A stretch of DNA of 64,000 nt from the NCBI GenBank assembly GCA_963716175.1, contig OY970296.1, forward strand, positions 2,176,001 through 2,240,000, in the 5' to 3' direction. Of the stretch, positions 8,848-18,957 are shown in pieces (the stretch's first letter is position 1; every line of letters begins with the position of its first letter). A program made the position numbers and the translations under genes. This DNA comes from an uncultured Armatimonadetes bacterium. GTDB taxonomy: Bacteria > Armatimonadota > Hebobacteria > Hebobacterales > Hebobacteraceae. The notes beneath the pieces were generated by a model that saw only the letters and a list, made by a program, of their open reading frames with translations, made no database searches and was not told the origin of the DNA.

Positions 8848-11003
8848 GCGGAGATCAGCCCAGGTCCGGCCTGACCATCCTCCAGGTGCTGTCGTGGCTG
8901 AACTACGGCGGTGTTGAGAGGTACAGCATGCGGCTGGCCCGCGCTCTGCAGGAGCGAGGCCATCGTGTCCTGATCGCCTCCAGTGGGGGCCAGTTGGTGC
9001 CCGAACTGGAGGCCTACGGGATCGAGCACCGCGAAGTGGATTTCACGGGCTGGCGCACTCTCAGCGGTATGCTCGCTCTGCGCCGCCTGCTGGAGCGGGA
9101 GCAGGTGGACCTGGTGAACGCGCACAACTGGCGCGCGGGCATGGTGGCCTCTCTCGCCTGCGGTCTGGCCGGGGTGCCATATGTGCTGACCGTTCACGGC
9201 AGCCGCAGGCCAGTCCATCGTCACGGGGTCTTCTACTGGAGCAAGCGCGTAGTGGTGGTCAGCGAGGCCAGCAAGCGCAATCTCGTATCCGGCTTCGGGC
9301 TGCCCGATGAGCGCGTGTTGCGCAGCATCGTCGGCGTGGAGTGCGATCGCTTCCATCCCGGGCCTGCGGGGGCGGCGCTGGAGGCGGAGTTGGGCCTGCG
9401 GCCGGGCGCGCCGCGAGTGGTGCACGTCAGCCGTTTCAGCCACAGCAAGGCGCCAGTGGCGCTGGCTCTGATCCGGGCCATGGAGACATTGAGCCAGCAA
9501 TGCCCCGGCCTCGAACTGGTGTTGGTCGGACAAGGACCGGAGGAGGCGGCGGTGGCGCGGGAGGCGGAGGCAATGAACCAGCGCCTGGGGCGTCGCGCGG
9601 TCTTCGCCCTGGGCGGGCGCTCCGATATCCCGCAGGTGCTCCGTCTCGCGGCTGTTGTGGTGGCCACCGCCAGCGTCGCCCTGGAGGCGATGGCCTCCGG
9701 CAAGCCCTTGGTGGCAGCGGGAAAGTGCGGCTACGTCGGCCCCGTCACACCCGAGAACCTGCCACAGGCGGAGGCTACCTGCTTCGGGGATCATGCCGCC
9801 GCCGAGGCGACCACGCCGGAGGGGCTCTCCCGCGATCTCGCGGCCCTGCTCGGCAGCAGCAGCGAACGCGCGCGGCTGGGGAGCTTCGGGCGACAGGCCG
9901 CGGAGTCGCAGTACGGCCTGTCACGACTCGGCGAAGAGGTCGAGGGCATCTACCGACAGGCGCTCTGCGAGCGCAGCCAGATCGGGCGCATCCTGGTTTT
10001 CCACCTCAACCAGATCGGCGACCTGATGTTCACACTGCCCGCGCTCAAGGCCCTGCGCGAGGCCTTCCCGCGGGCGCAGATCACGAGCGTGCTGAGGCCT
10101 CACCTCGCCGGCCTGATCTCACACAGCGGCCTGGTGGATGACATCATCCCCAGGCCGCCGGGCGGACCTTCGCCCACCGTCTCCCTGGCGCGGCGGCTGC
10201 GGCGCCTGCGCCCCGACCTGGCCATCGCCTTCTCGCAATCGGCGACCATGGCCTGGTGCGCCTGGGTATCGGCCGCAGCCCATCGCGTGGGCTACGTGGA
10301 TTCCGATCTCTCGCGCCTGCTCAATCACCGGGTGCAGGTGCGAGGCATCCCCTGTCCGGCGAAGGTCATGCGCCTGGTGCGGAGTCTCGGCCTGGCGCCG
10401 GGGAAGTGGGACTACCTGGGCCTGGTTCGGCTATCGCCCGAGGACGATGCCGATGGCGCGCGGCTGCTGTCGGAATCGGAGCTGGCGGGGCGAGGCCCGT
10501 TGATCGCGCTGGCACCAGGCGAATCCAGCGATCGCGCCTACAAGTCTTGGAGCACGCCGGGGTTCACCCGTCTGGCGTCGGCGCTGGCGCGAGAGTATGA
10601 GGCGCGACTGGTAGTGGTAGGCGGAGAGAGAGACCGCGCGCTGGGGGATGAGATCATCGCGGGTGCGGGCGTGAGCGCGGCCAATCTCGCCGGGCGCACC
10701 AGCCCGAGTCAGTTGGCCGCACTGCTGGCGCGATGCGATCTGCTCATCGGCATTGACTCGGGGCCCATGCACGTGGCCGCAGCCATGGGACGCCCGGTGG
10801 TGGGCCTGTTCGGGCCCACGTCCCCAGGGCGGACCGGCCCGCTCGGCGAGGGTCATCAAGTGGTGTTCCATCGCCAGCCCTGCTGGCCCTGCATGAGCCC
10901 CACCTGTGTGGACCGGCCGTGCATGTCCAGCATCACGGTTGATGAGGTGCTGGCAGCCGTCCGCCAAGTGCTGGCGCGGCCGGCGCCGGTGGTCGGCAGT
11001 TGA
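8844..11003 (+). CDS. fused GT4 + GT9 glycosyltransferase
   Basis: N-half GGVERY...NAHN...LEAMASGKP (GT4); C-half NQIGDL...YKSW...DSGPMH...LFGPT (GT9); one uninterrupted 719-aa frame. Confidence 0.85.
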   Translation: MSGDQPRSGLTILQVLSWLNYGGVERYSMRLARALQERGHRVLIASSGGQLVPELEAYGIEHREVDFTGWRTLSGMLALRRLLEREQVDLVNAHNWRAGMVASLACGLAGVPYVLTVHGSRRPVHRHGVFYWSKRVVVVSEASKRNLVSGFGLPDERVLRSIVGVECDRFHPGPAGAALEAELGLRPGAPRVVHVSRFSHSKAPVALALIRAMETLSQQCPGLELVLVGQGPEEAAVAREAEAMNQRLGRRAVFALGGRSDIPQVLRLAAVVVATASVALEAMASGKPLVAAGKCGYVGPVTPENLPQAEATCFGDHAAAEATTPEGLSRDLAALLGSSSERARLGSFGRQAAESQYGLSRLGEEVEGIYRQALCERSQIGRILVFHLNQIGDLMFTLPALKALREAFPRAQITSVLRPHLAGLISHSGLVDDIIPRPPGGPSPTVSLARRLRRLRPDLAIAFSQSATMAWCAWVSAAAHRVGYVDSDLSRLLNHRVQVRGIPCPAKVMRLVRSLGLAPGKWDYLGLVRLSPEDDADGARLLSESELAGRGPLIALAPGESSDRAYKSWSTPGFTRLASALAREYEARLVVVGGERDRALGDEIIAGAGVSAANLAGRTSPSQLAALLARCDLLIGIDSGPMHVAAAMGRPVVGLFGPTSPGRTGPLGEGHQVVFHRQPCWPCMSPTCVDRPCMSSITVDEVLAAVRQVLARPAPVVGS

Positions 11004-11006
11004 GCG

Positions 11007-12074
11007 ATGCCATTCACGGTGCACATTGACGCCAATCGTGGCTGGGGAGGGGGACAGGCGCAGTCGCTGGGGCTGGCCGTGGCCCTGGCGGAGCGGGGAG
11101 AGAACACCTACTTCATCACCCAGACAGACAGTGCTCTCTCGGCGCGTCTGCAGTCCACGAATCTGCCCTGGGAGAGTCTGCACATGCGGGGCCTGCGAGC
11201 GGTGACGGCGGGAAGCTGGCTGCGGTTGGGGCGCCGCCTCCGCCAACTGCGGCCGGACATCCTCCATGCGCATGACGCGGCGGCCGAGGCCCCAGCAATC
11301 CTCGCCGCGAGAGGTTTGAGCAAGCCCCGTCCCCGGGTGGTCGTGACCCGGCGCACGGCACGCGCGCCGCACCGGGCGCTGCTGTGGTGCGACCGGGTGA
11401 TCTGCGTCTCCCAGGCAGTGCGGCAGCGATGTCTGGCCGCAGGGATCGCAGCAGAGCGGCTGGCGGTAGTACCGGATTTCGTGGACTGCCAGCGCTTCGA
11501 CCCCGGGCTGGCTGCCGCCAGGGATGACCCGCGGCCGACGATACTGGCGGTCGGCCGGCTGACCTCCGAAAAGGGACACGCGGTGCTGCTGAGCGCCATG
11601 CCGCGGGTGCTGCAGGGCCTGCCAGAGGCGCGGCTGGTGATCTGCGGCCAGGGGCCAGAGCAGAGGTCGCTGAGCAATCGAGCGGAGGCCGAGGGCATCG
11701 CCAGTCGGGTGGAGTTCGCGGGGTTCGTGCCGGACGTGCGCCAGCGGCTGGCCCAGGCCGACGTTCTCGTCATGCCCTCGCTCTCCGAAGGTCTCGGGGT
11801 GGCGGTGCTGGAGGCGATGGCCATGGGCAAGCCGGTGGTGGCCAGCAACGCTGGCGGGCTGCCGGAAGCGGTGGCCGACGGAGAGACCGGTCTGCTGGTC
11901 CCGCCTGGCAATGCCGAGGCGCTGGCCGGGGCCTTGCTGGCCCTGCTCGAGGATCCGGACCGAGCCCAGGCCATGGGCAAGGCAGGTCGGCGCCGGGCAC
12001 TGGATCATTTCGACCGGCGCGTGGTAGTAGATCGCATGCTCTCGCTCTATCGCGAGGTGCTGTCGGGAGTTTGA
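11007..12074 (+). CDS. GT4 glycosyltransferase
   Basis: WGGGQ, VGRLTSEKG, EGLGVAVLEAMAMGKP. Confidence 0.9.
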   Translation: MPFTVHIDANRGWGGGQAQSLGLAVALAERGENTYFITQTDSALSARLQSTNLPWESLHMRGLRAVTAGSWLRLGRRLRQLRPDILHAHDAAAEAPAILAARGLSKPRPRVVVTRRTARAPHRALLWCDRVICVSQAVRQRCLAAGIAAERLAVVPDFVDCQRFDPGLAAARDDPRPTILAVGRLTSEKGHAVLLSAMPRVLQGLPEARLVICGQGPEQRSLSNRAEAEGIASRVEFAGFVPDVRQRLAQADVLVMPSLSEGLGVAVLEAMAMGKPVVASNAGGLPEAVADGETGLLVPPGNAEALAGALLALLEDPDRAQAMGKAGRRRALDHFDRRVVVDRMLSLYREVLSGV

Positions 12075-12078
12075 TGCG

Positions 12079-12870
12079 ATGGGCCTCTCTGCCATTGTCA
12101 CCACCTACAATGAGGCGGAGTGCGTGGGGGAATGCCTGGCGCGACTTGCGTTCGCCGAGGAAGTGCTGGTGGTTGACTCGTTCAGCACCGACAGCACGCC
12201 CGTGATCGCAGCGCAGCATGGCGCCCGCGTGCTCCAGCACGAGTACCTGTCACCGGCTGCGCAGAAGAACTGGGCGATCCCCAAGGTGCGACACGACTGG
12301 GTGCTGATAGTGGATGCGGACGAACTGGTGACACCGGAGCTGGCCGCGGAGATCAAGCGCGTGATCAGCAGCCCGGAGGCGCGCGACGGGTATGAGATCA
12401 AGCGTCGCAACTTCTTCCTGGGGCACGAGATCCGCTACTCGGGCTGGCAGAACGACTGGGTGCTGCGGCTCTTCCGGAGAGATCGTGGGCGCTACCTGGA
12501 GCGGCGGATTCACGAGCAGCTAGTGGTGGACGGGTCGGTGGGGAGGTTGAGGGGACGGCTGCTCCATCACTCCTACCGCTCTCTCGACGATTACTGGCGC
12601 AAGCTTCGCCGCTATGCCGACTGGAACGCGGCTGAGGCGCGCCGGCGAGGAGCGCGAGTTGGGCCGGCTCGCTTGATGCTTCACCCGCCCCTGCGCTTCC
12701 TCAAGTCCTACCTGCTGCAAGGCGGCATTCTCGATGGAGTTCCCGGCCTGGTGGTCTCGGTCCTGACCGCGGTTTACGCGGCGGCCAAGGATAGCCGCAT
12801 CTGGGAAGACCAATGTAGGGCGCGCAGGGCCGCCTCCGGCGCCAAAGCAGACAGAGACGGCTTGCCATGA
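12079..12870 (+). CDS. GT2 LPS-core glycosyltransferase (WaaE/KdtX-like)
   Basis: YNE, VDSFSTD, QKNWA, VDADE, IHE, G.LDG..G. Confidence 0.85.
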   Translation: MGLSAIVTTYNEAECVGECLARLAFAEEVLVVDSFSTDSTPVIAAQHGARVLQHEYLSPAAQKNWAIPKVRHDWVLIVDADELVTPELAAEIKRVISSPEARDGYEIKRRNFFLGHEIRYSGWQNDWVLRLFRRDRGRYLERRIHEQLVVDGSVGRLRGRLLHHSYRSLDDYWRKLRRYADWNAAEARRRGARVGPARLMLHPPLRFLKSYLLQGGILDGVPGLVVSVLTAVYAAAKDSRIWEDQCRARRAASGAKADRDGLP

Positions 12871-13766
12871 GCCAGGACCGCCCCGACCTCTCAGCCATCG
12901 TCGTCAACTGGAACGGCGGGGAGATGCTGCTTCGATGCCTGCAGTCGCTGCTGGCCGCCGCCCAGGGCATGAGCGCAGGGATCTGGCTGGTGGACAACGC
13001 CTCCGGGGACGGATCGGCGGAGCGCGCCATCCAGACCTATCCGGAGGTGCGCCTGATCCGAAACGACGGGAACCTGGGGTTCGCGCGGGCGGCGAATCAG
13101 GCGCTGGCGCAGGCCGCGGGCGCGTATCTGCTCCTGCTCAACCCGGATGTGCAGATCGGCCGGGAGGCGCTGACGCGCATGCTCGAGGTGATGCGAGGCG
13201 ACTCCCGGATTGGCATTGCCGGCTGCCCGAGCGTGGATGGGCAGGGCCGGCGCGTTCCCGGCTATGAGTTGTCGTTCCCGGGCCAGCGTAGAGCAGCCGT
13301 ATCACAGAGCGAGGGCGAGGTGCAGGAGGTGGCCTGGGTATCGGGCGCCTGCCTGCTGGCCAGGAGGGCGATGGCACAGGCGATCGGCTTCCTCGATCCT
13401 GGATTCTTCATGTACTACGAGGATGTAGACTGGTGCTATCGGGCGCGCGCTGCGGGCTGGCGAGTGGTCACCATCCCTGCGGCCCTGGTGCGACACGAGC
13501 TAGGGAGCAGCTCGGCCCAGGCACCGGCGGCGCGAGCGGCGCAGTGGGCCGCCGGGTCGCGCCTCCGCTTCTACCAGAAGCACTACTCACGCCGGCGCGC
13601 CCGGTGGCTGCAGGTTCGCCTCCAGGCCTCGGCCCTGGCGCACGTGCTCTGGCGGCTGCTCCCCTCTGCCTTCAGCCAGGCGATGAGGGCGGAGCTGCGA
13701 AAGGAACTGGCCTACCTGAGGGCCGCCGTCGGTAGTCATATCGAGGGCAATGAGGGCAAGCGATGA
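12867..13766 (+). CDS. GT2 glycosyltransferase
   Basis: VVNWN, VDNASGD, NLGFARAAN, LLNPD, FMYYEDVDWC. Confidence 0.88.
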   Translation: MSQDRPDLSAIVVNWNGGEMLLRCLQSLLAAAQGMSAGIWLVDNASGDGSAERAIQTYPEVRLIRNDGNLGFARAANQALAQAAGAYLLLLNPDVQIGREALTRMLEVMRGDSRIGIAGCPSVDGQGRRVPGYELSFPGQRRAAVSQSEGEVQEVAWVSGACLLARRAMAQAIGFLDPGFFMYYEDVDWCYRARAAGWRVVTIPAALVRHELGSSSAQAPAARAAQWAAGSRLRFYQKHYSRRRARWLQVRLQASALAHVLWRLLPSAFSQAMRAELRKELAYLRAAVGSHIEGNEGKR

Positions 13767-14275
13767 GCGAGCACGGATTCACACCCACCACCGCCAAGAT
13801 CGTCTCCTTGGAGGAGGCGGTCCAGCGCGCCGCGGCCTGGCGTGAGGCGGGCAAGACCATCGCCTACACTAATGGCTGCTTCGACCTCATCCACGCGGGG
13901 CATGTGCGCACTCTGGAGTCGGCCCGCCGGCTGGCCGATATCTTGATCGTCGGCCTCAACAGCGACGACTCCGCGCGTCAGCTCAAGGGGCCGGGCCGCC
14001 CCATCCTCCCCGCGCAGCAGCGAGCCGAGGTGCTGGCCGCCTTCGCCTGTGTGGACCTGGTGGTGATCTTCCCCGAGCTGAGTTCCCTGGCGACGATCCA
14101 GGCCCTCAGGCCCGACGTCTGGGTGAAGGGGGGCGACTATCGCCTGGACACCGTGCACCAGGAGGAGCGGGCCTACGTCGAGAGCTATGGGGGACGGGTA
14201 GCCCTGGGCGAGCCCGTCCCGGGGGCCTCGACCAGCGAGATCATCGCCCGCACCAAGCGACTGCCCAGCGCTTGA
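13763..14275 (+). CDS. D-glycero-beta-D-manno-heptose-1-phosphate adenylyltransferase (HldE C-terminal/RfaE2-like)
   Basis: TNGCFDLIHAGH, GLNSDDS..LKG, KGGDY, STS.II. Confidence 0.9.
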   Translation: MSEHGFTPTTAKIVSLEEAVQRAAAWREAGKTIAYTNGCFDLIHAGHVRTLESARRLADILIVGLNSDDSARQLKGPGRPILPAQQRAEVLAAFACVDLVVIFPELSSLATIQALRPDVWVKGGDYRLDTVHQEERAYVESYGGRVALGEPVPGASTSEIIARTKRLPSA

Positions 14276-14278
14276 GGC

Positions 14279-14761
14279 CTACCAGTTCCCCAGATTCTGA
14301 AGCGCGGTGACCACCGTGTGGTAAGTGCGGAACTTCAGCAGCTCCTGGCCCATGAAGCTGTTGAGCAGTGCGGTGGCGTCCTGGCCTTCGCCGTAGCCGA
14401 GGAGCAGCATTCTCAGGAAGATGTGAGCTACCATCAGGCCGGAGGCAAGCCCCAGGATCGCTCCCACCAGGGGATCGAGCACGTCCAGGGAGAGCAGCAT
14501 GCTCTCATAGATGAGCTTCGAGGCGATCACGGTGAGAACGGCGAGCACCAGAAACACCGCCACCAGCCAGAAGGCCTCGTTGCTCCCGGGCGCGGCGAGC
14601 ACAGGGACGGCCTCGGATAAGGGGAGGGCAAGCAAGCCAGCGACCTTGAGCGAGATGATGGCTCCCAGCATGTCGAACAAAGCGCGGCCGAAGCCTCTCT
14701 GGCTCTCCAGCCAGGATATGCCAACGATCAGCACGATGGCAGCAGCATCAGACCAGATCAT
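14279..14761 (-). CDS. CvpA-family membrane protein
   Basis: About 4 TM segments, RGF near the N-terminus, LDPLVGAILG motif. Confidence 0.7.
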   Translation of the reverse strand: MIWSDAAAIVLIVGISWLESQRGFGRALFDMLGAIISLKVAGLLALPLSEAVPVLAAPGSNEAFWLVAVFLVLAVLTVIASKLIYESMLLSLDVLDPLVGAILGLASGLMVAHIFLRMLLLGYGEGQDATALLNSFMGQELLKFRTYHTVVTALQNLGNW

Positions 14762-14767
14762 GGCGGC

Positions 14768-15688
14768 TCACCCCTTGCCCACCGGACGCGCGATCGCAAC
14801 CGAGGCGTAACCGACCACCGCGCTGCGATCCCCAATGACATCACCGGAGGTGTAGTAGCGGAGCAGCTGGGCCTCAAGCTTTCTCCCCTCGGCCAAGCCA
14901 GCATCCTGGCGCAACCGCGCCTGGCAGAACAGAAGAGCAATGGCCACCGGGACCGGGCCGCACATGGAGATGCTGAGTTCGGCCACCGTCCGTAGCAGTT
15001 GCTCGGGGTTGACGGCGAGGACGGCATCCAGGGCGAGGCGATCCAGGCGCTCGGCTTCCACCTGTGGCATCTGATGGGAGAGATCCGTGCTGGCGACCAC
15101 TACGCCCCGGCGAGCAGCCAAGGCTTCGGCCAGCGCCTGGCCTATCTCGGCCGCGTCCGCGAGAAGCTGGTCCGAGGCCGACAGGGGATGGGACCGGACG
15201 CAGATCGGGCAGATGCTCGGCATTCGCTCACCATAGATGAACTGCAGGAACGGGACTTGGACCTCCAGCGAGTGCTCGAGACGATGTGCGCGTTCGTCGG
15301 CTACGAGCAAGCGGCACCGCTCCAGCAGCTCCCGGCCGAGGTCCTCATCAAGTTGCACCTCGCCCAGTGGAGTGCGCCAGGCGGAGGCGGGGGAGAGAGC
15401 CGCGCGCCGATCGGTGGCATAGTGGCTGGGGCCCAGGATGATGACTGTGTCAGGCACGCCATCGGCGGCCAGCGCGTGGAAGCTATGGGCGGCGGCCGGG
15501 CCCGAGTACATATACCCGGCATGAGGGCTGACCACCGCGGCGATGCGCCCCGGGCCGTCGGCCGCGGCGCGAGGTAGTGAGCCAGGCCCCAGGGGATGCA
15601 GGAAGCACTGACGCAGCGAGGCGATCAGCCGTTCGGGATCGCGGTCGTAGAAGCGTCCCGCCACCGCGGGCTCTCTCACACCAGGCAT
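14768..15688 (-). CDS. amrB: AmmeMemoRadiSam system protein B (MEMO1 family)
   Basis: REPAVAGRFY, PHAGYMYSG, GPSH, EHSLEVQ, STDLSH, SMCG, VVGY. Confidence 0.9.
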   Translation of the reverse strand: MPGVREPAVAGRFYDRDPERLIASLRQCFLHPLGPGSLPRAAADGPGRIAAVVSPHAGYMYSGPAAAHSFHALAADGVPDTVIILGPSHYATDRRAALSPASAWRTPLGEVQLDEDLGRELLERCRLLVADERAHRLEHSLEVQVPFLQFIYGERMPSICPICVRSHPLSASDQLLADAAEIGQALAEALAARRGVVVASTDLSHQMPQVEAERLDRLALDAVLAVNPEQLLRTVAELSISMCGPVPVAIALLFCQARLRQDAGLAEGRKLEAQLLRYYTSGDVIGDRSAVVGYASVAIARPVGKG

Positions 15689-15801
15689 CCCGCTCTCCCT
15701 CCCTACCCCTCAGCTCTCCGTTGCGCCGCGGTTGACTTCCCGTCTGCTTTCATGCTACGGTGGCTGCGCCGACTTGCGCCAACCGCGAGCGGCGAGCCGC
15801 T

Positions 15802-16944
15802 ATGCGCATCGCGCTCTTCACCGAGTGCTACCATCCAATCGTCAACGGAGTTGTAGTCTCGGTAGCCACCTTCACCAAAGAGCTTCGGAAACAGGGCCAC
15901 GAGGTGCACATCTATGCCCCCGCCTACCCCGGTTACCGGGACCTGGACGGCTACGTGCACCGCCTGCCCTCGCTCAGCCTGCCCACCCGTCCCCGCTACC
16001 CGCTGACTATCCCTTTCGGCAGCCTACTCCGGCGGCGCGAGATGGCGGCCTACCCGCCGGATATCGTGCATGCCCAGCACCCCTTCGTGAGCGGCCGGGA
16101 GGCGCGCCGACTGGCCCGACGCCTGGGGCGCCCGCTGCTACTTACATACCATACTCTCATCCGCGCCTACGCCCATTACGTGCCCCTGCCCCGGCCGTGG
16201 GTGCAGGCGGCGGCGGTCTGGGTGAGCCGCGAGTTCTCCAATTCAACCGATTGCGTGGTCGTCCCTACCCGGGGTGTGGGGGAGATCCTGCGCTCCTATG
16301 GCGTGCGGCGCCCGATCGAGGTGATCCCCACAGGCATTGATCTGGACCTGATAGACAGCAGCGTGCGGCGGCCGGCGCGCCCCCGTTTTGGCATCCCGGA
16401 GGCCGTGCCCGTGATTGCCTACGCCGGCCGGATTGCCAGAGAGAAAACCCTGGAGCTGCTGATCCAGGCCTTCGCCCTGATCGCCGACCGGTTCGCGGAG
16501 GCCTATCTGCTGCTCATCGGTGGCGGCCCGTGGTATGGGCAGTGCCGGGATCTGGTGGACTCACTGGGGCTGGAGGAGCGCGTGCGCTTCACCGGCTACC
16601 TTCCCCGCACCGAGGTGTTTGACTGCCTGGCCGAGTCGCAGGTGTTCGCTTTCCCCTCGCTCACTGACACCCAAGGCGTGGCCGTGCTGGAGGCGATGGC
16701 CCTGGGCTGCGCGGCGGTGGCGGTGCGTTCGGGCGCGGTGGAGGATGTGATCAGGGACGGGACAGATGGGCTGCTGGTGGCGCCCACGAGGGAGGGGTTG
16801 GCGGAAGCCCTGGCCGCGGTGCTGGGGTCGGAGGATTTGCGCCGGAGGCTGGCAGGGCAAGCTCGCGCCCGCGCCGAAGAGTTCAGGGCGGGCCGGATGG
16901 CGGAGCGACTGGCCCGGCTCTACGCGAAGCTGATGAGCGGCTGA
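15802..16944 (+). CDS. GT4 glycosyltransferase (diacylglycerol glucosyltransferase-like)
   Basis: MRIALFTECYHPIVNGVV, HAQHPF, TYHT, DTQGVAVLEAMA. Confidence 0.85.
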   Translation: MRIALFTECYHPIVNGVVVSVATFTKELRKQGHEVHIYAPAYPGYRDLDGYVHRLPSLSLPTRPRYPLTIPFGSLLRRREMAAYPPDIVHAQHPFVSGREARRLARRLGRPLLLTYHTLIRAYAHYVPLPRPWVQAAAVWVSREFSNSTDCVVVPTRGVGEILRSYGVRRPIEVIPTGIDLDLIDSSVRRPARPRFGIPEAVPVIAYAGRIAREKTLELLIQAFALIADRFAEAYLLLIGGGPWYGQCRDLVDSLGLEERVRFTGYLPRTEVFDCLAESQVFAFPSLTDTQGVAVLEAMALGCAAVAVRSGAVEDVIRDGTDGLLVAPTREGLAEALAAVLGSEDLRRRLAGQARARAEEFRAGRMAERLARLYAKLMSG

Positions 16945-16954
16945 GCGAACTCTC

Positions 16955-16982
16955 AAGCGGTCCGTGGGGACCGCTTATTCTG
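16955..16982 (+). terminator. hairpin after the GT4 gene, possible weak intrinsic terminator
   Basis: AAGCGGTCC-gtgg-GGACCGCTT perfect 9-bp stem followed by a short T-rich tract. Confidence 0.4.
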
Positions 16983-17070
16983 TGAGGCCCTGTCAGAGCG
17001 CGTCGGCGCCAGCGTCTGGTATCTGGTGGCCGCACGCGCTCGGCAGCGCTTCCATGGAGGCAGAGCGGCA

Positions 17071-18906
17071 ATGTGTGGGATCGTTGGCTACCTTGGCGGC
17101 CGGGACACGGTGGAGGTGCTGCTGGAGGGACTCCGGCGGTTGGAGTACAGAGGCTATGACTCCGCCGGCGTGGCCGTGTTGGTGGATGGGAAGATCGAGG
17201 TGGTGAAGGCCCAGGGGAAGCTCTCGGTGCTGTCAGGCATTCTGGCGGAAGGGAAGCCCATCGGGCGGCTGGGCATCGGGCACACCCGCTGGGCGACCCA
17301 CGGTCCGCCCTCTGAGAGAAACGCCCATCCTCATACCGATTGCCAGGGCGACATCGCGGTGGTCCACAATGGGATCATCGAGAACTACCTGGACCTGCGG
17401 GAGCGACTGGAGGCCGAGGGCCATACCCTGCGCTCGCAGACAGACACGGAAGTGCTGCCCCATCTCCTCGAGAAGTACTATGACGGCGACCTCGAGCAAG
17501 CGATGCGCCGGACGCTGCGGGAGGTGCGGGGTTCCTACGCGGCGGTGGCGATCTGTGATCGGGAGCCAGGCCGACTGATCGCCGCCCGCCAGTACAGCCC
17601 GCTGGTGGCGGGAATCGGCGAGAACGGCGGGGAGAACTTCCTCGCTTCCGATATCCCGGCGATTCTCTCCTTCACCCGTCAGGCCTATCTCATTGACAAT
17701 GGCGAGATGGTGGTGGTGACCGAAGACGGGATCGAGATCAAGACCCTCGCCGGCAAGAGGGTGGATAAGCCAGTCTTCCACGTCCAGTGGGACGCGAAGA
17801 TGGCGGAGAAGGGCGGCAATAAGCACTTCATGATCAAGGAGATCTTCGAGCAGCCGGCGGCGCTGCGGCAGACCATCGGCGATCGCATCCTGGGGAGGGA
17901 GATGCGGCTCGATCTGGAGGGGCTGGGCCTGCGGGATGCGGAGCTGCGCCGCATCCGCAAGATCGTGGTCATCGCCTGCGGCACCGCCTCCTACGCGGGC
18001 ATGGCCGGTCAGTACGCCATCGAGAAGCTGTGTCGGGTCCCGGTGATCGTGGACGTGGCCTCCGAGCTGCAGCATCGGGAGTCGGTCTTCGACAAGCACA
18101 CCCTGGGCATCGCCATCAGCCAGTCCGGAGAGACCGCGGACACGCTGATGGCGATGCGGATGGCCCGGCGCCAAGGAGCGAAGGTGCTGGCCGTCACCAA
18201 TGTGATCGGCAGCTCGGTGGCACGAGACTCCGATGGACTGCTTTACATCCATGCCGGGCCGGAGATCGGTGTCGCCTCCACCAAGGCCTATACCAGCCAG
18301 ATCCTCGCGGTGTTGCTGTTCTGCGTGCATCTCGGGCTGGTGCGTGGCACGCTGACACCGACCCGGGCGCGCGGTCTGCTGCGCGAGATCAAGCGCCTGC
18401 CGGACCAGGCGGAAGGAGCCCTGGAGGAGGCCGACCAGATCAAAGCGCTTGCTCAGAAGTACAGCCACGTCAAGCGCTACCTCTACCTGGGCCGGGGCGC
18501 CAACTACTGCTCAGCGATGGAGGGAGCGCTCAAGCTGAAGGAGATCGCCTATCTGGACGCCGAGGGCTACGCCGCCGGGGAGATGAAGCACGGGCCGCTG
18601 GCCCTGGTCACCGGTGATACCGCGGTGGTTTCGGCGGTGGTCGAGGGGCCGCATTACGAGAAGAGCCTGGGCAATCTCCAGGAGATTCGCGCCCGCGGCG
18701 GCCAGGTGATCGCGGTGGCCAATGATGACGATGAGGAGATCGTCAAGTACGCGGATGACGTGATCCGCATCCCCAAGACCAACGAGATCTTCTCACCGGT
18801 GCTGGCCGGCATTCCGCTCCAGCTCTACGCCTACTACGTGGCCGATCTGCTGGGGTGTGAGATTGACCAGCCCCGTAATCTGGCCAAGAGCGTCACCGTC
18901 GAGTAG
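17071..18906 (+). CDS. glmS: glutamine--fructose-6-phosphate transaminase
   Basis: MCGIVG, LEYRGYDSAG, GHTRWATHG, SQSGETAD, PRNLAKSVTVE. Confidence 0.98.
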   Translation: MCGIVGYLGGRDTVEVLLEGLRRLEYRGYDSAGVAVLVDGKIEVVKAQGKLSVLSGILAEGKPIGRLGIGHTRWATHGPPSERNAHPHTDCQGDIAVVHNGIIENYLDLRERLEAEGHTLRSQTDTEVLPHLLEKYYDGDLEQAMRRTLREVRGSYAAVAICDREPGRLIAARQYSPLVAGIGENGGENFLASDIPAILSFTRQAYLIDNGEMVVVTEDGIEIKTLAGKRVDKPVFHVQWDAKMAEKGGNKHFMIKEIFEQPAALRQTIGDRILGREMRLDLEGLGLRDAELRRIRKIVVIACGTASYAGMAGQYAIEKLCRVPVIVDVASELQHRESVFDKHTLGIAISQSGETADTLMAMRMARRQGAKVLAVTNVIGSSVARDSDGLLYIHAGPEIGVASTKAYTSQILAVLLFCVHLGLVRGTLTPTRARGLLREIKRLPDQAEGALEEADQIKALAQKYSHVKRYLYLGRGANYCSAMEGALKLKEIAYLDAEGYAAGEMKHGPLALVTGDTAVVSAVVEGPHYEKSLGNLQEIRARGGQVIAVANDDDEEIVKYADDVIRIPKTNEIFSPVLAGIPLQLYAYYVADLLGCEIDQPRNLAKSVTVE

Positions 18907-18957
18907 TCGGCGAAGCCCACCGCAGAGACGCGGAGATCGCAGAGGGGCGCAAAGGCA

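Noticed and set aside
10431-12104. Long antisense/alternate-frame ORFs (e.g. 10431-12104, 17233-18468, 39953-41293, 49864-50871)
   Set aside because: Shadows of recognisable genes in high-GC DNA; Arg/Pro/Gly-rich with no motifs.
14768-15688. Complete AmmeMemoRadiSam system
   Set aside because: Only the B (Memo) gene is here; dispersed components are common, so this is not notable.
16945-17070. glmS ribozyme upstream of glmS
   Set aside because: The conserved core (AGCGCC...GACGAGG...ATCGA...GCGGA) is not present in order; only a simple hairpin is seen.
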